From Eledone cirrhosa (taxonomy: Eukaryota): a stretch of DNA of 64,000 bases. Within the stretch, counting starts at the first letter, position 1, and the number at the start of each line of letters is the position of its first letter. The position numbers were made by a program, and so were the translations under genes. Below, in pieces: positions 1 through 11,319 of the stretch. The stretch spans positions 26,846,001-26,910,000 of the forward strand of contig OZ024753.1 in assembly GCA_964016885.1 (NCBI GenBank). The letters run 5' to 3'. Under the pieces are notes generated by a model that did not search any database, had not been told where the DNA came from, and saw only the letters and a program-made list of their open reading frames with translations.

Positions 1-205
1 ATGTGGCCGTGTAGGTAACACAGTAAAAACCTCCCAGTTGCACACTGTAAATGTTGTTGGTGTTAGGAAGGGCATCCAGCCGTAGAAAACCTGCCAGACA
101 GTCCTATGCGAGCAAGACAACCACTCTTGCCTCAAGTGGGAAAACTCCCGTCCAAACCCATGCAAGCGTGGAAGATGGACGTTAAACGATGATGATGATG
201 ATGAT
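1..205 (+). mobile_element. 3' end of RTE LINE family (or SINE sharing its tail) with (GAT)n tail
   Basis: Close match to the reverse complement of the 3' UTR at 39431-39640; ends in gatgatgatgat. Confidence 0.8.
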
Positions 206-209
206 ATCT

Positions 210-497
210 ATCTAGGACGGGTAAAATTCCCGAGATCCATGGACAAGTTCTCTTCAGCGGTCTCTGTCCCTCATCATCGCTGCCATGTCCTGCGTCTCCA
301 AGAGACCAGTGTCTGTTCTTAAGGCATCAACATATGTCAACCTCGGTCTCCCTCTTCCAGTGTGTTCATGCAGGGGCTCCCACAGGAGCACTGAGTTCAG
401 TGTCAACTCTGGATGTCGGTGAGCAGGTCCAGCTAACCTCAGTCTCCTCTCTGCTACTCTAGAGCTGACTTTTGGGAGGCTCCGGTACAGCTCTGAG
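210..497 (-). mobile_element. decayed RTE-type LINE, C-terminal ORF fragment
   Basis: Minus-strand translation LYRSLPKVSSRVAERRLRLAG..HPE..VLLWEP...GRGRPRLTYVDAL..DRDR is typical of an RTE C-terminus. Confidence 0.75.
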
Positions 498-587
498 TAA
501 AATTACACACACATGTACACTAGGTCCGAACACAGACGAACCAAACTCCCACTATCATCGCCTCCATCTCTCTCGCCCTCCCCATCT

Positions 588-1585
588 ATTACTATTATGA
601 GCAAATGGAATTCCACGAGCTGGCCACCCCGCGGACAGAATAGAGAGGTATTTCCCCGGAGGATGGTAAGGAAGATGCGCTGGAAGAGTCATTCCATCTC
701 GCGATGCTCACACATGCGGCTAGCCAGTGCTCGACTGCAAACCTGTCGGAGAGTCTCCGATATTTGGAGAGTTTACCCTCCTCAGCCTGAAGTGCAGGAG
801 AGCCTGGTTTAGTCACAGACTACACCAGGTTGCCATTGGAGAATGTGTTGCTGCCAATGGCATCCCAGACGAGAGGTTTATCATCGTAGAACAGGAAAAT
901 GGTCATGCCATCTGGCCTTTTGCTCTCCCCTCCGTCCAGCCCCATCGGCTCCAGCTAGGAGGGGAAGCCTGCAGCATCCAAGCCGTGCTTGATGACCTCG
1001 TTGAGAGCAGGATGGCGTGGAAGGCGACATTTTTGTGGCTTGTATATCCGGAGGCCGAGTCTCGGGGAAACCTCGATACGCAGGCTATCATTATCCAGCT
1101 GCGTGCCAGTTTAAAAGTGGGGTTGCGAAGCTGAGTGAAAACATGTGAAGCAGTGCTGGTCTAGCTGGCGCTCTAGTCTGTCTGAGGCCATGTTGCACTA
1201 GATGGCATCCCATATGCTCTGGGGGGATTTGACGTCAACAGTGGGAAAAGGAGAAAGGACGTCTACTGGGCTGAATCTGAGCCGGTTCCAAGTCTTGCAG
1301 GCGGCCTCATGTTCCTCGTTCACAGTGGGTTCCATTGTGTTGCCATCCAAGGTCGTCAAACCTGATGTTGCATATCACCTCAGCTGCCACTCAGATACAG
1401 GTGTCAAGGTCAGCAAGGAGAGATGTGTGGCTGTAGCAAGGAGCACTACAAAGTGTGTAGAGGAGCTTCAACATGCCGAATGTGTGCGTGAGGGTCATGA
1501 GCTCCTGGAACCTAGACCCGATGGTGGAGCGGATCAGCGACCGGAGGATGAGGACATCCTCTTTAGGGATCACCTGCACCTTTAA
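588..1585 (-). mobile_element. decayed CRE-like non-LTR retrotransposon (RT end plus REL endonuclease)
   Basis: GC-rich block with frameshifted motifs KLLYTLCSAPC, RHPALNEVIKHGL..AGFPS, KRPDGMT..KPLVWD and AEEGKLSKY; short (TAA)-like tail near 590. Confidence 0.7.
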
Positions 1586-1594
1586 GAGAATGGA

Positions 1595-2173
1595 TCTTCA
1601 CTCTAGTGGTTCTCTACCCCTTATAACTGAAAACATATCTCTTTTTGTTTTCCTCTCTATATACTGTTTTATTAAGAGTCCGCTACTTATTCCCTGAGCT
1701 CATTAAATTACAGGGGATTAACGCGAGTCTTTCATTTGATATTTTGGCTCCTAATTTCTTCGTTAGTTGAGCTTTTTAAGTTGAATGGTTATAGGCTGCC
1801 ATTTCTAGTGGTTTCTTGATCCATTCAAGCCACTATGTACTGTCTGGTGCGCATGTTTTCGTTTCTCTCACCATATGTGTTTTTTTCAGTTGTCTAAAAT
1901 CTCTTTAGAAATGTTGACTATCTTCTTTACACCTGTTGATAAGCCCTGAGAAGGTATGGTATCAACATTGTCTATGACGAAACATTCTTTTCTTTGAGAT
2001 TATCCAGGTGTTTTACAGTTATAAAGGTGGGTTTGTACATTTTAACTTACCTTTTAATTACTATGTATTTTCCACACTTTTCGCAGACTTTATATTCTTC
2101 ACTCTAGTGGTTCTCTACCCCTCGTAATTGAAAACATACGCCTTTTTGTGTTTCTTCTCTAAATACTGTATTA
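1595..2173. repeat. pair of ~78-bp direct repeats 501 bp apart
   Basis: tcttcactctagtggttctctacccct..gaaaacata..atactgt at 1595-1672 and 2096-2173. Confidence 0.85.
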
Positions 2174-2289
2174 TATATATAAATCTCTCTCTATATATAT
2201 ATACACACACACACAAACCTGATAAATTATTATGGATTTCACCTGGATATTTATGTAATTTAATGTTTATTTCAAATGTTTTCAGCAGG

Positions 2290-2440
2290 ATTTGCAGCAA
2301 AGAGTTACGGCCCTTTATGGTCCGAGTTCAAATCCCACCGAGGTTAACTTTTCCTTTCATCCTTACGAGGTCGATAAAATAAAGTACCAGTAATGCACTG
2401 AGATAATTGTCGGCCTTGTGCCAAAAGTAGAAATAATTGT
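2290..2440 (+). mobile_element. tRNA-derived Nin-domain SINE, 5'-truncated
   Basis: B-box gagttcaaatcc plus core cctttcatccttacgaggtcgataaaataaagtaccag; matches the copy at 56591. Confidence 0.8.
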
Positions 2441-2600
2441 GACTAAGAATCGTTTGAGATGGGTTAAGGAGTTACCTCCCATGCTTGCCTTTTCAGAGAA
2501 TGTTTGCTAACCATATTATTTCCCGCTTAAAACTTCCCTGACTCTTTCTGATGATGAATAATATAGAACTAGTGAAACACATCTTTGTTTATATATATAT

Positions 2601-2785
2601 ATGGCCTGCTTCAGTTTCCAGTCCCGCCTGGAGAAAGTTGTGGCCGCCAATGATGGCCACATCGAGTGATTTTTGTACTTTATATATGTGCCTAACTGGT
2701 ATAAAGTTTCATTGAAATATATTCACTTATATAAAAAAGTATTTTTATTATCCATTAATTTATTCCAGATTCATCTGTGCTACTA
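2601..2785 (+). mobile_element. Tc1/mariner transposon 3' remnant
   Basis: Translates ACFSFQSRLEKVVAANDGHIE*, a typical Tc1/mariner transposase C-terminus; flanked by TA runs. Confidence 0.7.
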
Positions 2786-2790
2786 TATAT

Positions 2791-2999
2791 ATATAAAATG
2801 ATAAAAGGACGATTTGTAATATCTTCATTACGTTTATTGAGTAGTGACGCACACTTCACTATTGATCAGCTGAAGGTCCGACAAGCTTTTGATTCTAGAG
2901 TCAGGCTAGATCGAACCATGAGCTAATCTATTGCGAAACGTGCATCACTACTCAATAAACATAATTAAGACATAACAAATCGTCCTTTTATTATTATAT
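2791..2999. repeat. imperfect palindrome, ~70-bp arms
   Basis: ataaaaggacgatttgt..gtttattgagtagtga pairs with tcactactcaataaac..acaaatcgtccttttat. Confidence 0.85.
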
Positions 3000-4784
3000 T
3001 TACATTCTGCTTAGTTCTACACCTCTTTACAGACGAGAAACTATGCATCGCGTACTCACTGGGGTAAACCTACAGTAACTGCACATTACACTCCCTATAT
3101 ATATATGTGTGTGTGTGTGTAGCGAAATCTATCCACACAGACCCTCGAATACGTCAGTTGTCTGAAGTAGCAGGTCATTTTAAGGTGAAGGCAAGATAGG
3201 TTCATTTTTGGCCAATCGAAAGGGAACCTTCCTATGGTAAACAAGTCAGTCTGCTGCTCTGGTCTCCCATGAGAGATGCATGAGGTCTACCCATTAAGCG
3301 ACTAGCAAGATGTAATACTCAGCACAGACTTCGGCTCTCTCTCGACAGGGACCAATTACATTTTTCCATCTGCATTTCAACATATTAACTAAGTTGAATC
3401 AATACCATTATTGCAAGCAATATCTCTCTGGCCTGCCTATGGGCAGGGCCACAATAACAGCCAGCCACATCTATAAGGCAAGTTACCTTGTATTGTTGCA
3501 CACAAGCATTCATCCTATACAAACATATCTCATACACATAGTTACACAAATTCTCTCCTTGTTGTTTGTTGTTCATATCTTTTGGCTATAACAAAATGTT
3601 AATTGATGTGTTTCAGTTGTGAAATATTTCACAGTAAAATACATATAAATGTAGTGCGAGTGTTCGTTCTTCCCCAACGGTGTGATCAGGGAAAATCACT
3701 TTCCCCACGATATCAAACACATTTGCTTTCCACAGATGTACACATTAGTTAACTACTGCAATTCCAAACAGAGTTAAATTTATTTGTTCTGCATATGATT
3801 AATTCGACATATATTTTTCCATAATGACAGATAGCAGAGATCAACATATTTCCTGTATCTTGATACTGGCCAACTTGTTGATTTAGTCTTTTGAAGTTTG
3901 AACTGACCATTTCAGATTGTTAGAAATAACAGCAAAAATCACAATTCACAATCTTAAAGTCCCCCATCCCCCAAGAGAACATTGGATACTGTAGTCCTAG
4001 ACACAGAAACCTGAGACAAAGACAATATGATTCTAAGTCTGCTTACTCAGGTCTAGCATTTGGTTTAATAACAAACATCATTATATCGACTAAACAATGT
4101 AGATTACAAGGTTGTCTTCCTTAACTCTGTTAAATCTGAGTAGGTATGTTGAAAAAGTAGAAAAGAACCCAACAAAACAAAAAGGAAGACAGACAAAAAG
4201 GATGTAGGAGCAAAGGTTTTATGTTGATCAAAATAGTAGAGAGAATTATATAAAGTGGAATCTACTTTGTGATTTTTACCTCCAGATCACTAATAGATTT
4301 AAAGATCTGAGAGGTATTTTGCATTCAAGAGAATGCAGATATTTTTTCTTTTCTTTTTTTATTTTACCCAAATGGATAAGTTCTTTGATATATTTTTGTG
4401 TTTTTGGCTTTTATATAATTTTTATTATTACTTGTTAAAATTTAGTCAGTCCTTATATCTGGTGATCTTTCTAGAACCAGGAGGTAAGAAAGTGAGTTAA
4501 GTATTTGTGTCATTGTGATTTTCTGTTTGGTCAAGGATTCTGGAGATCTATTGCCATTTATTCCTGATGTGTGTGTGCACAGTTCTCCATATCCAGAATA
4601 GGAAAGGCACCACAATGTAATTTGAATAGCTGACTTATGGAGGGAGAATGATGTGGTGTGTAAGTGATTGAGTGTTTGTGGTGAGTGTATGAAGAGTAAA
4701 TTATACACAATCGTAATTAAAAATAAATAAAAAAAGAGAGCGTTAGTTGTGTGAGGTTTATGGGAAGAGGGCTGGGGGAATCTG

Positions 4785-4856
4785 CTACAAAAATATTCGT
4801 CGGAGATCTGATGGAGACGTGATCATATTACATTGTGGACACAACTTCTTCGCTCC
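4785..4856 (-). CDS. RNF220: RNF220-like terminal coding exon (GAKKLCPQCNMITSPSDLRRIFL*)
   Basis: Poly-T tract and acag acceptor; 72 nt including the TAG; matches the RNF220 C-terminus GAKKLCPQCNxITxPxDLRRIxL. Confidence 0.97.
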   Translation of the reverse strand, partial: GAKKLCPQCNMITSPSDLRRIFL

Positions 4857-5078
4857 CTGTAAAAAAAAAAAAATAATAAAAACAATATTAGATTATGAAT
4901 GAATATCTAACATTTTCTATATAAAATGATATTAATTAAACATAATAAAGATCCATTTGAACCCCAGCTAAGAACAACAAGCCCACTTGCTAGAGGACGA
5001 CTGTGTTACGAATTAACCCTTTTGATACCAAGCTGCCAGAAAACCCACTGGATTTATGATACAAACCTGCACATTTAA

Positions 5079-5297
5079 CCCTTTAGCATTTACATTACTC
5101 TATATTTACCATTATATTTTCATGATAAACACTTTATTTCACATAATTATCTCACATAATATCAAATCTATGAGATTTTGATATTATTTATTTTGAGAAC
5201 AATACCTTAACATCAGTATGAGGGCTGTTTATAGTCGGTTTGAACAGAAGGAGGTGAGAGAATTCTGGCTGGATAAATCGGTTTAAATGCTATAGGG
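5079..5297 (+). mobile_element. piggyBac-like MITE family A (orientation X), nested in a family B remnant
   Basis: TTAA|CCCTTTAGCATTTA...TAAATGCTATAGGG|TTAA; preceded by a family B end at about 5016. Confidence 0.85.
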
Positions 5298-5954
5298 TTA
5301 AACAATCATTTAAATATCAGCTGTAAGGTTATTTAGTTATGTTGTACCACTCAGCAACATAATTAAATTAACAGCATCATTATGAAATAATATTTATTTT
5401 ACAATGCATGAGTTAGATGCAGTGCTGGATTTAGGAGAAATGAGGCCCTGTGCCAGTTAAGTTATGAATCCCCTTACTTGGGCCCTGAAGGAGGTAAAAC
5501 ATTTTTTGACAGGAAGATGACTTATGTGTCTTAGTTAGTAAGGTGTTAACCCATTGGCCATATTGGAGAATTGTTCAGTATCTTAACAGATAATCCAAAT
5601 AAAGGCATGAAACCTCAGTTATGTTAAACAAGAGGAAACGGGAGCATGTTACATTCATGTCTTCCTCCAAGAATACCAATGATGTAAGTGGTTACGCTTA
5701 GAAATTGAAGGCAGGAGGTCTTTTAACTGTGTCAAAGACATCACAACCTAGTATTGGCGCCATGATAAAATGCATTTGTTGGAGCACAGGAAGTGAGATG
5801 CAGGTCCTTGATTTATCTGATTAGAATACTGACTCAATCCATCCAACACTTGCTAGCAGAGAAAACGGATGTTAAATGATGGTGACACAGTTTTGAATTA
5901 AGGGATATTGTGAAGTTAAAATGTGAAATAATGAAATATAAGATAAAGACTTAC

Positions 5955-6029
5955 TAGAGTTCTCAACCAACACTGCTCACAGTGGACATGCCAACACTGG
6001 ACTGATGTTAATGGAACTTTATAAGATTC
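5955..6029 (-). CDS. RNF220: RNF220-like RING core exon (ESYKVPLTSVQCWHVHCEQCWLRTL)
   Basis: Acceptor tttgcag and donor gtaagt; 75 nt; CWHVHCExCWLRTL is the RNF220 RING signature. Confidence 0.97.
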
Positions 6030-6125
6030 CTGCAAACAAATGGTAGAAATTAACAGTAATGAGGGATACATACAATGACTGATGTGGTGTGTATGAATGG
6101 AGAGGAGGTCAAGTAATAAGACACT

Positions 6126-6502
6126 TAGCATTTAAACAGGTCATATCTGATCAGAATCCTCTCACCTCTTTCTGTTCAAACCAGCTGTATCTGGCCACTC
6201 ATACTGATGTTTAGGTATTGTTCTCAAAATAAATAATATCAAAATCTCATAGATTCAATATTATGAGATAATTACATGAGATAAAGCCTTTACCACAAAA
6301 ATACAATAGTTTTTTTTTAAAGCTCACATCGGTCACAAGCCTGTAATATTGTTAATTATACATAATATCGAATCTATGAGATCTTGATATTTATTTTGAG
6401 AACAATACCGTAACATCAGTATGAGTGGCCAGTTATAGCCGGTTTGAAGAGAAGAGGTGAGAGAATTCTGGCTGGATATGGCTGGTTTAAATGGTAATGG
6501 GT
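6126..6502. mobile_element. two partial family A MITEs in inverted orientation
   Basis: 6126-6310 (orientation Y) and 6357-6502 (orientation X) are reverse complements of each other. Confidence 0.8.
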
Positions 6503-6665
6503 TAACAAAGTAACCAAAGATTTCACCAGAAGTAATCTGGTATGAGAGATCAACAGTTAGATCTCCGTTATCTGATTTTGTTTTAGAGAGAGGGAAGCAG
6601 AATGTTATACGAGAGAGAGAGAGAGGGGGAAGGTGAGAGAAGAGATTTACAACTTTATTACATAC

Positions 6666-6780
6666 CATACAGATCAAACATTTATGTTTTTCTTCAGTTT
6701 TTTCTTCTTCTTTCTCCTTCAAGCGACATTTCAGTGCAGAGATAATCCGCTGTGAAGAATTAGTTGCATTACGAGGGTCA
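6666..6780 (-). CDS. RNF220: RNF220-like exon, coiled coil and start of RING (DPRNATNSSQRIISALKCRLKEKEEEKTEEKHKCLICM)
   Basis: Acceptor ttgtag and donor gtatgt; 115 nt; KCLICM supplies the first RING Cys pair. Confidence 0.95.
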
Positions 6781-7364
6781 CTACAATAAACAATTAATTC
6801 AATTAAGGTCAATTACATCAAAAATAAATATAGAATAAACTAACAAACTATAGAAAATGTAGGGAATATTTGAAACTTATTTTGTGAGTAGAAAAAGACT
6901 GTTTTGAGTTACAGTTGCACCTGAAATTGGAAACTAGTTGTCAGTTTTGAATAACAAAACAGGTGACTGTATGAATGAAGTATCAGTCATCCCGTAAAGT
7001 TAGTGAGCGACTTGATACTGCAGGTTAGTTAGTGTATGAGCAGCACATGTAACTAAAAGTGATATTTTAGGAGAGTGTATCAAAATATCAGGGTGGGCAC
7101 CAATGGATATTAAATTGAATAGCAAGGAAAATAAGAAAATTTTAAGGTGTTTCTAGTTAAGGAGAGGAAATAGAAACATTATAAGGTGTCACTGAGATTA
7201 ATTCAGCTTATTGTGGTTGTGTGAGAAACCATTAGAAGTTATGTTGTATTGAGTGGTTGGCAAATATTTCTCATCAAACTCCCTACTATTACTCACAATA
7301 TTGTTATTTTAACATCAATAAATCTAATGTATCATACGTCTATAACAGAAAAGAGCAATTTTAA

Positions 7365-7808
7365 CCCTTTCATGACTGCATTTCTAATGAAATACACTCT
7401 ATTTTAATTAATTAAAAAAGAATTTTAAGGGATTTACTAAAATCATTAATTATTTCATTATTAAGGTAGTAACTTAATGTAAGGTTCTTATATATAATTA
7501 TGCTAGAAGATTTTAATTTACATTGGAAACCTTTAACCCGTTAGCATTTAAACCAGCCATATCCGGCCAGAATTCTCTCACCTCTTTCTGTTCAAACTGG
7601 CTGTAACCGGCCACTCATACCAACATTAAGGTATTGTTCTCAAAATAAATAATATCAAAATCTCATAGATTCGATATTATGTGAGATAAAGCCTTCATCG
7701 TGAAAATACAATAGTAAATATAGAGTAATGCAAATGCTAAAGGGTTAAAATGGGTGGTTTTATTTCATAGAATCAGAGCCAGTTTTGGCCGGGTTGGTAG
7801 TTAAAGGG
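7365..7808. mobile_element. piggyBac-like MITE family B containing a nested family A copy (7537-7744, orientation Y)
   Basis: Outer element TTAA|CCCTTT...AAAGGG|TTAA; the inner element has its own TTAA flanks at 7533-7536 and 7745-7748. Confidence 0.85.
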
Positions 7809-8509
7809 TTAACAGTTGACTAAGAAAAAGATAAAACATCAGCCCTTATGTTGATTTTATGATGCAATGAAGCACGTTTGGTTTACATTTCAATACAACG
7901 GAAATAATAACTTGTTAGGTTAAACTTTACATGAAGAACAAGTAATCATATATAGATAATATGACATTACTTAGATGGGACATCAATACAAGCCGAGCAT
8001 AAGGCAATGGTTCATTAAGACTTTTAATACCAAACTGCCTGAAACCATCAATTGTTTTACAACAGAAAAAAAAAATCCTCATCAATGTTCAATGTCTATT
8101 TTCCATGCTTGCATGGTTTAGTCAAGTTATCACATTATCAGATTAGTCAGGTCAGCTGACCACATCTTGTTCATACAATTTTTTTATAGCTTGGATGACC
8201 TTCCTATTGCTCACCTCATTTCAGCATGGAGTAAGAACTTTTTTTGAGGCACCACTCTATAAGGTTGACTGGATATATATATAATTCATATCTACATGTA
8301 TCTATTAATTTTTGTTGCTCTAGACAAATGTCTATAGAGCTTTTCTATTGAGAAGCACAAATATCAGACATAATTGATGTTTTGATATCTTATAATTGAC
8401 AGTAGTCAGCCATTGCGTATGGGTGTGTGTGTGGACACTGTTTGGGAAGAGGAAAATAGCAGAAATGATAACTGTAAGATACAGTTGTCTACTCACCAGT
8501 TATAATAAT

Positions 8510-8695
8510 AATAATAATATTTCAACCTATATTTTGAATTAATTACTCCAGTCAGTAAAATTTCTTTTCACATCCAAAGGATGAAAGGCAAAGCTAACCC
8601 CAGCAGAATTTGAACTCAGAATGCAAAGATCCGTAACTCTATACCGCAAAGCGTGTTGTCTGACGTTCTACTGATTACTGCCAATCAACTGCCCT
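8510..8695 (-). mobile_element. Nin-domain tRNA SINE
   Basis: aaggatgaaaggcaaag..atttgaactc is the reverse complement of the family core; agttataataa occurs on both sides (possible TSD). Confidence 0.75.
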
Positions 8696-8728
8696 ACTAG
8701 TTATAATAAGATAAAACTGTCTACTTAC

Positions 8729-8807
8729 TAGTTATGTGATGTTGATCCTTGGTCTACAGCCTGATTATAAGGTTGGTAACAACTGGGTTCAGGTTCAAAT
8801 TTGTGTT
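8729..8807 (-). CDS. RNF220: RNF220-like linker exon (HKFEPEPSCYQPYNQAVDQGSTSHN)
   Basis: Acceptor ctttctttag and donor gtaagt; 79 nt, phase 1 in and phase 2 out. Confidence 0.72.
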
Positions 8808-8909
8808 CTAAAGAAAGAAAGGAAAGTAAATACATTATAGAAGGCAAAGGTTTGCAATAGATATACTATGATAGTGTCATGGGTAACAGATATCTGTTCA
8901 ACTTCAACA

Positions 8910-9425
8910 TACTCTGATGGTAAAGTATGGTATTGTTGGTTATATAACTAGAGAGGTCAGTTCCTCGCCACAACTGCCACCACCACACTGATGGTAAACT
9001 ATGACACTGTTGTCTGTATAACTAGAGAGATTGTCAGTGCCTGGGCTTATAATAGATTTGGATGACGTCCCTCCTTATCTTACCAATGTGTGATTGGCTT
9101 ATAATAAACATAGACGATGTCCCTCCTCATCTTACAAATGTGGGAGGGGTTTATTATTGTCATAGATGATATCCCTCCTAATCTTACCAATGTGAGATGG
9201 GCTTATAATAGACCCCTCCTACTTCGCGAAAATAATATATAAATGAATAAGTAAAACTTTTCCAAGTCAAAATAGCAGTACAGAAACACAAACCATTAAT
9301 AACATGTAAACCCCTCCTATTTATTGTAGAAGTAGTTGCCTTAATAGCAGTTAAACTCCTCCTATTGTAATTGCCTTAATAGCAGTTAAACCCCTCCTAT
9401 TTATTGTAGAAGTACTTACTTCAAT
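8910..9425. repeat. cluster of short degenerate tandem duplications
   Basis: ctgatggtaaa..taactagagag x2; gatgacgtccctccttatcttaccaatgtg-like unit x3; taaacccctcctatttattgtagaagta x2-3. Confidence 0.7.
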
Positions 9426-9923
9426 AAATAGCAGTCATACTCTACTATGTCGATTCAGGAGTATTGAAATTTAGCAAGTTTCCTCTTTAGCAAAAATTTA
9501 AGAATAAATTTAAGAATAAATTTTTCTTACTTGCCTTATTTATTTATTTATTTTTGTTTTATATAAAATGATCAGCATCACTTAATTTATCAGACCTAAC
9601 ACACATACACATGCACACAAACACATACACACACACAATTAGTGGAATTAATGTATTCCAACATTTCAGCAGTAAGTAATAAAGACTAACAATGACAATA
9701 ATATATGCAGTTAATGTCTACATTTCCTATTTAAATTAGCTCTGCCTATTGAGAAGCACACACCATTAACCAATTCCAAAACTGGTCATTAAAATTTCAA
9801 TGGATATTATATTTATAAAATTGAAGAAGAAAAAAAAAAAAAATCTATCAAATATCACGACAGCAAACTTTGAAAAACGTTCAAAGAATTCAAATAATGA
9901 AATTCTGACATGGCTGTTCTTAC

Positions 9924-9973
9924 CACCTCTTTCTGTAGAATTTGATAATTCCATCATTGAACCAATTGTTGTG
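9924..9973 (-). CDS. RNF220: RNF220-like linker exon (TTIGSMMELSNSTERG)
   Basis: Acceptor ccattccacag after a pyrimidine tract, donor gtaaga; 50 nt, phase 2 in and phase 1 out, in frame only together with the next exon. Confidence 0.72.
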
Positions 9974-10424
9974 CTGTGGAATGGAATAGAAAAGAGACAA
10001 TGGGAATATATTTCTCCAGAAGGAATAATAAAAGAAGACTTTACAATGTAGCATTTAGATATGACTATTAACATTGAGACACCAACAGAACTTGAGTGAT
10101 TGCTTATTTATATTTTATAACACATCATGTGAACAATGTCATCTTTTCTTACAGATTTCCAATAGGTCAATCACTGATTCACTGCATTCATAATGGGAAG
10201 CATGACAAGGGAGTGCCTATGTAACTCAGGCAGAACAAATATCCTAAGCAACTTTTTACTTGAAAGTACCAGTTTATCAGTTTACATTTTCCTCCAATAT
10301 ACAATTCATCAACATCATCATTGTTTTATATCCATTGTCCATGCTAGCATGGGTTGGATGAGTTGTCACATTCTGAGACTAGATAGGTCAAAAGACCTTT
10401 TATTGAGTGTAGTGGGAGCATTTT

Positions 10425-10622
10425 ATCATGGCACCAGAATACCACTTTACAGAATGCACTGAGTGTATTTCATTGTGGTACCAGCACTACTGGGTGTATT
10501 TTATTGTGGTACCAGCACTACTATTTTACAGAATGTACTGGGTGTATTTTATTGTGGTACCAGTACTAACACTTTACAGAATGTACTGGGTGTATTATAT
10601 TGTGGTACCAGCAATACCACTA
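10425..10622. repeat. minisatellite, ~48-bp unit, ~4 copies
   Basis: ctgggtgtattttattgtggtaccagcactactattttacagaatgta repeated next to the exon donor. Confidence 0.85.
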
Positions 10623-10644
10623 TGTAAAAACATATATTACATAC

Positions 10645-10731
10645 CCAAGCATGGCACCTCGAAGTGCTTGTCTTTCTCTGTCTTCTTCAGGTTCATCTGA
10701 AGAACAAGGAATGATGTCCACTTCGCTGTAT
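10645..10731 (-). CDS. RNF220: RNF220-like exon (YSEVDIIPCSSDEPEEDRERQALRGAML)
   Basis: Acceptor gcatag and donor gtatgt; 87 nt; resembles RNF220 'YTEADVIPC..EP.E..EREALRGAVL'. Confidence 0.93.
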
Positions 10732-10849
10732 CTATGCAATGGTTAAAGAAAGTTATCTCCAAATAATATTCCATTTTACAACATAATTCTACGATTATTA
10801 TTATACTAGGATTTTTTTTCAACACACTGACGCATATGTGTGTATATAT

Positions 10850-11000
10850 ATCATCATCATCATCTTCGTTTAACGGCCATTTTACACCCTAGCATGGGTT
10901 AGAGGGGAGTTGTCCCACTCGAGGCAAGGTAGGTTGGTTGACCGTGTCTCGCTCATATAGGACTATCTGGCATGTTTTCTACGGCTGGATGCCCTTCCTA
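10850..11000 (-). mobile_element. RTE-family 3' tail fragment
   Basis: (CAT)n followed by sequence similar to the reverse complement of 60-205. Confidence 0.7.
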
Positions 11001-11319
11001 CATTTATATGTATAAGTAAATAAATATAGATGTGCAAACACAGACACACTTACAAAAATACACACTTAGACATACATTCACACAAATGGAACGCCAGCTG
11101 CTATTTTGCTATACTTTTTCAGCCCCCCCCCCCCACTTCCTTTGTTTTACACACAGGCAGCAGACGTAATGAGAGAAGAGTAGTATGAGGTAGTCAAACA
11201 ACTCCTCTCTCTTTACGTGTTATGACAGAATCGCAGAAATTTATATATAGATAGCCTATTTAATTCAGAGTTATCTCGTTTTGTACCACTGTTCATCCAT
11301 CATTGTGATATTCCCCCAC

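Noticed and set aside
513-1585. Plus-strand ORFs of 99-135 aa
   Set aside because: They are antisense shadows of the GC-rich minus-strand retrotransposon relic.
4355-4565. Specific poly(A) site for RNF220
   Set aside because: Several minus-strand AATAAA candidates occur in AT-rich sequence; none can be chosen without transcript data.
6333-6812. 159-aa ORF treated as a standalone gene
   Set aside because: Only 6666-6780 is exon; the rest is intron and MITE read-through.
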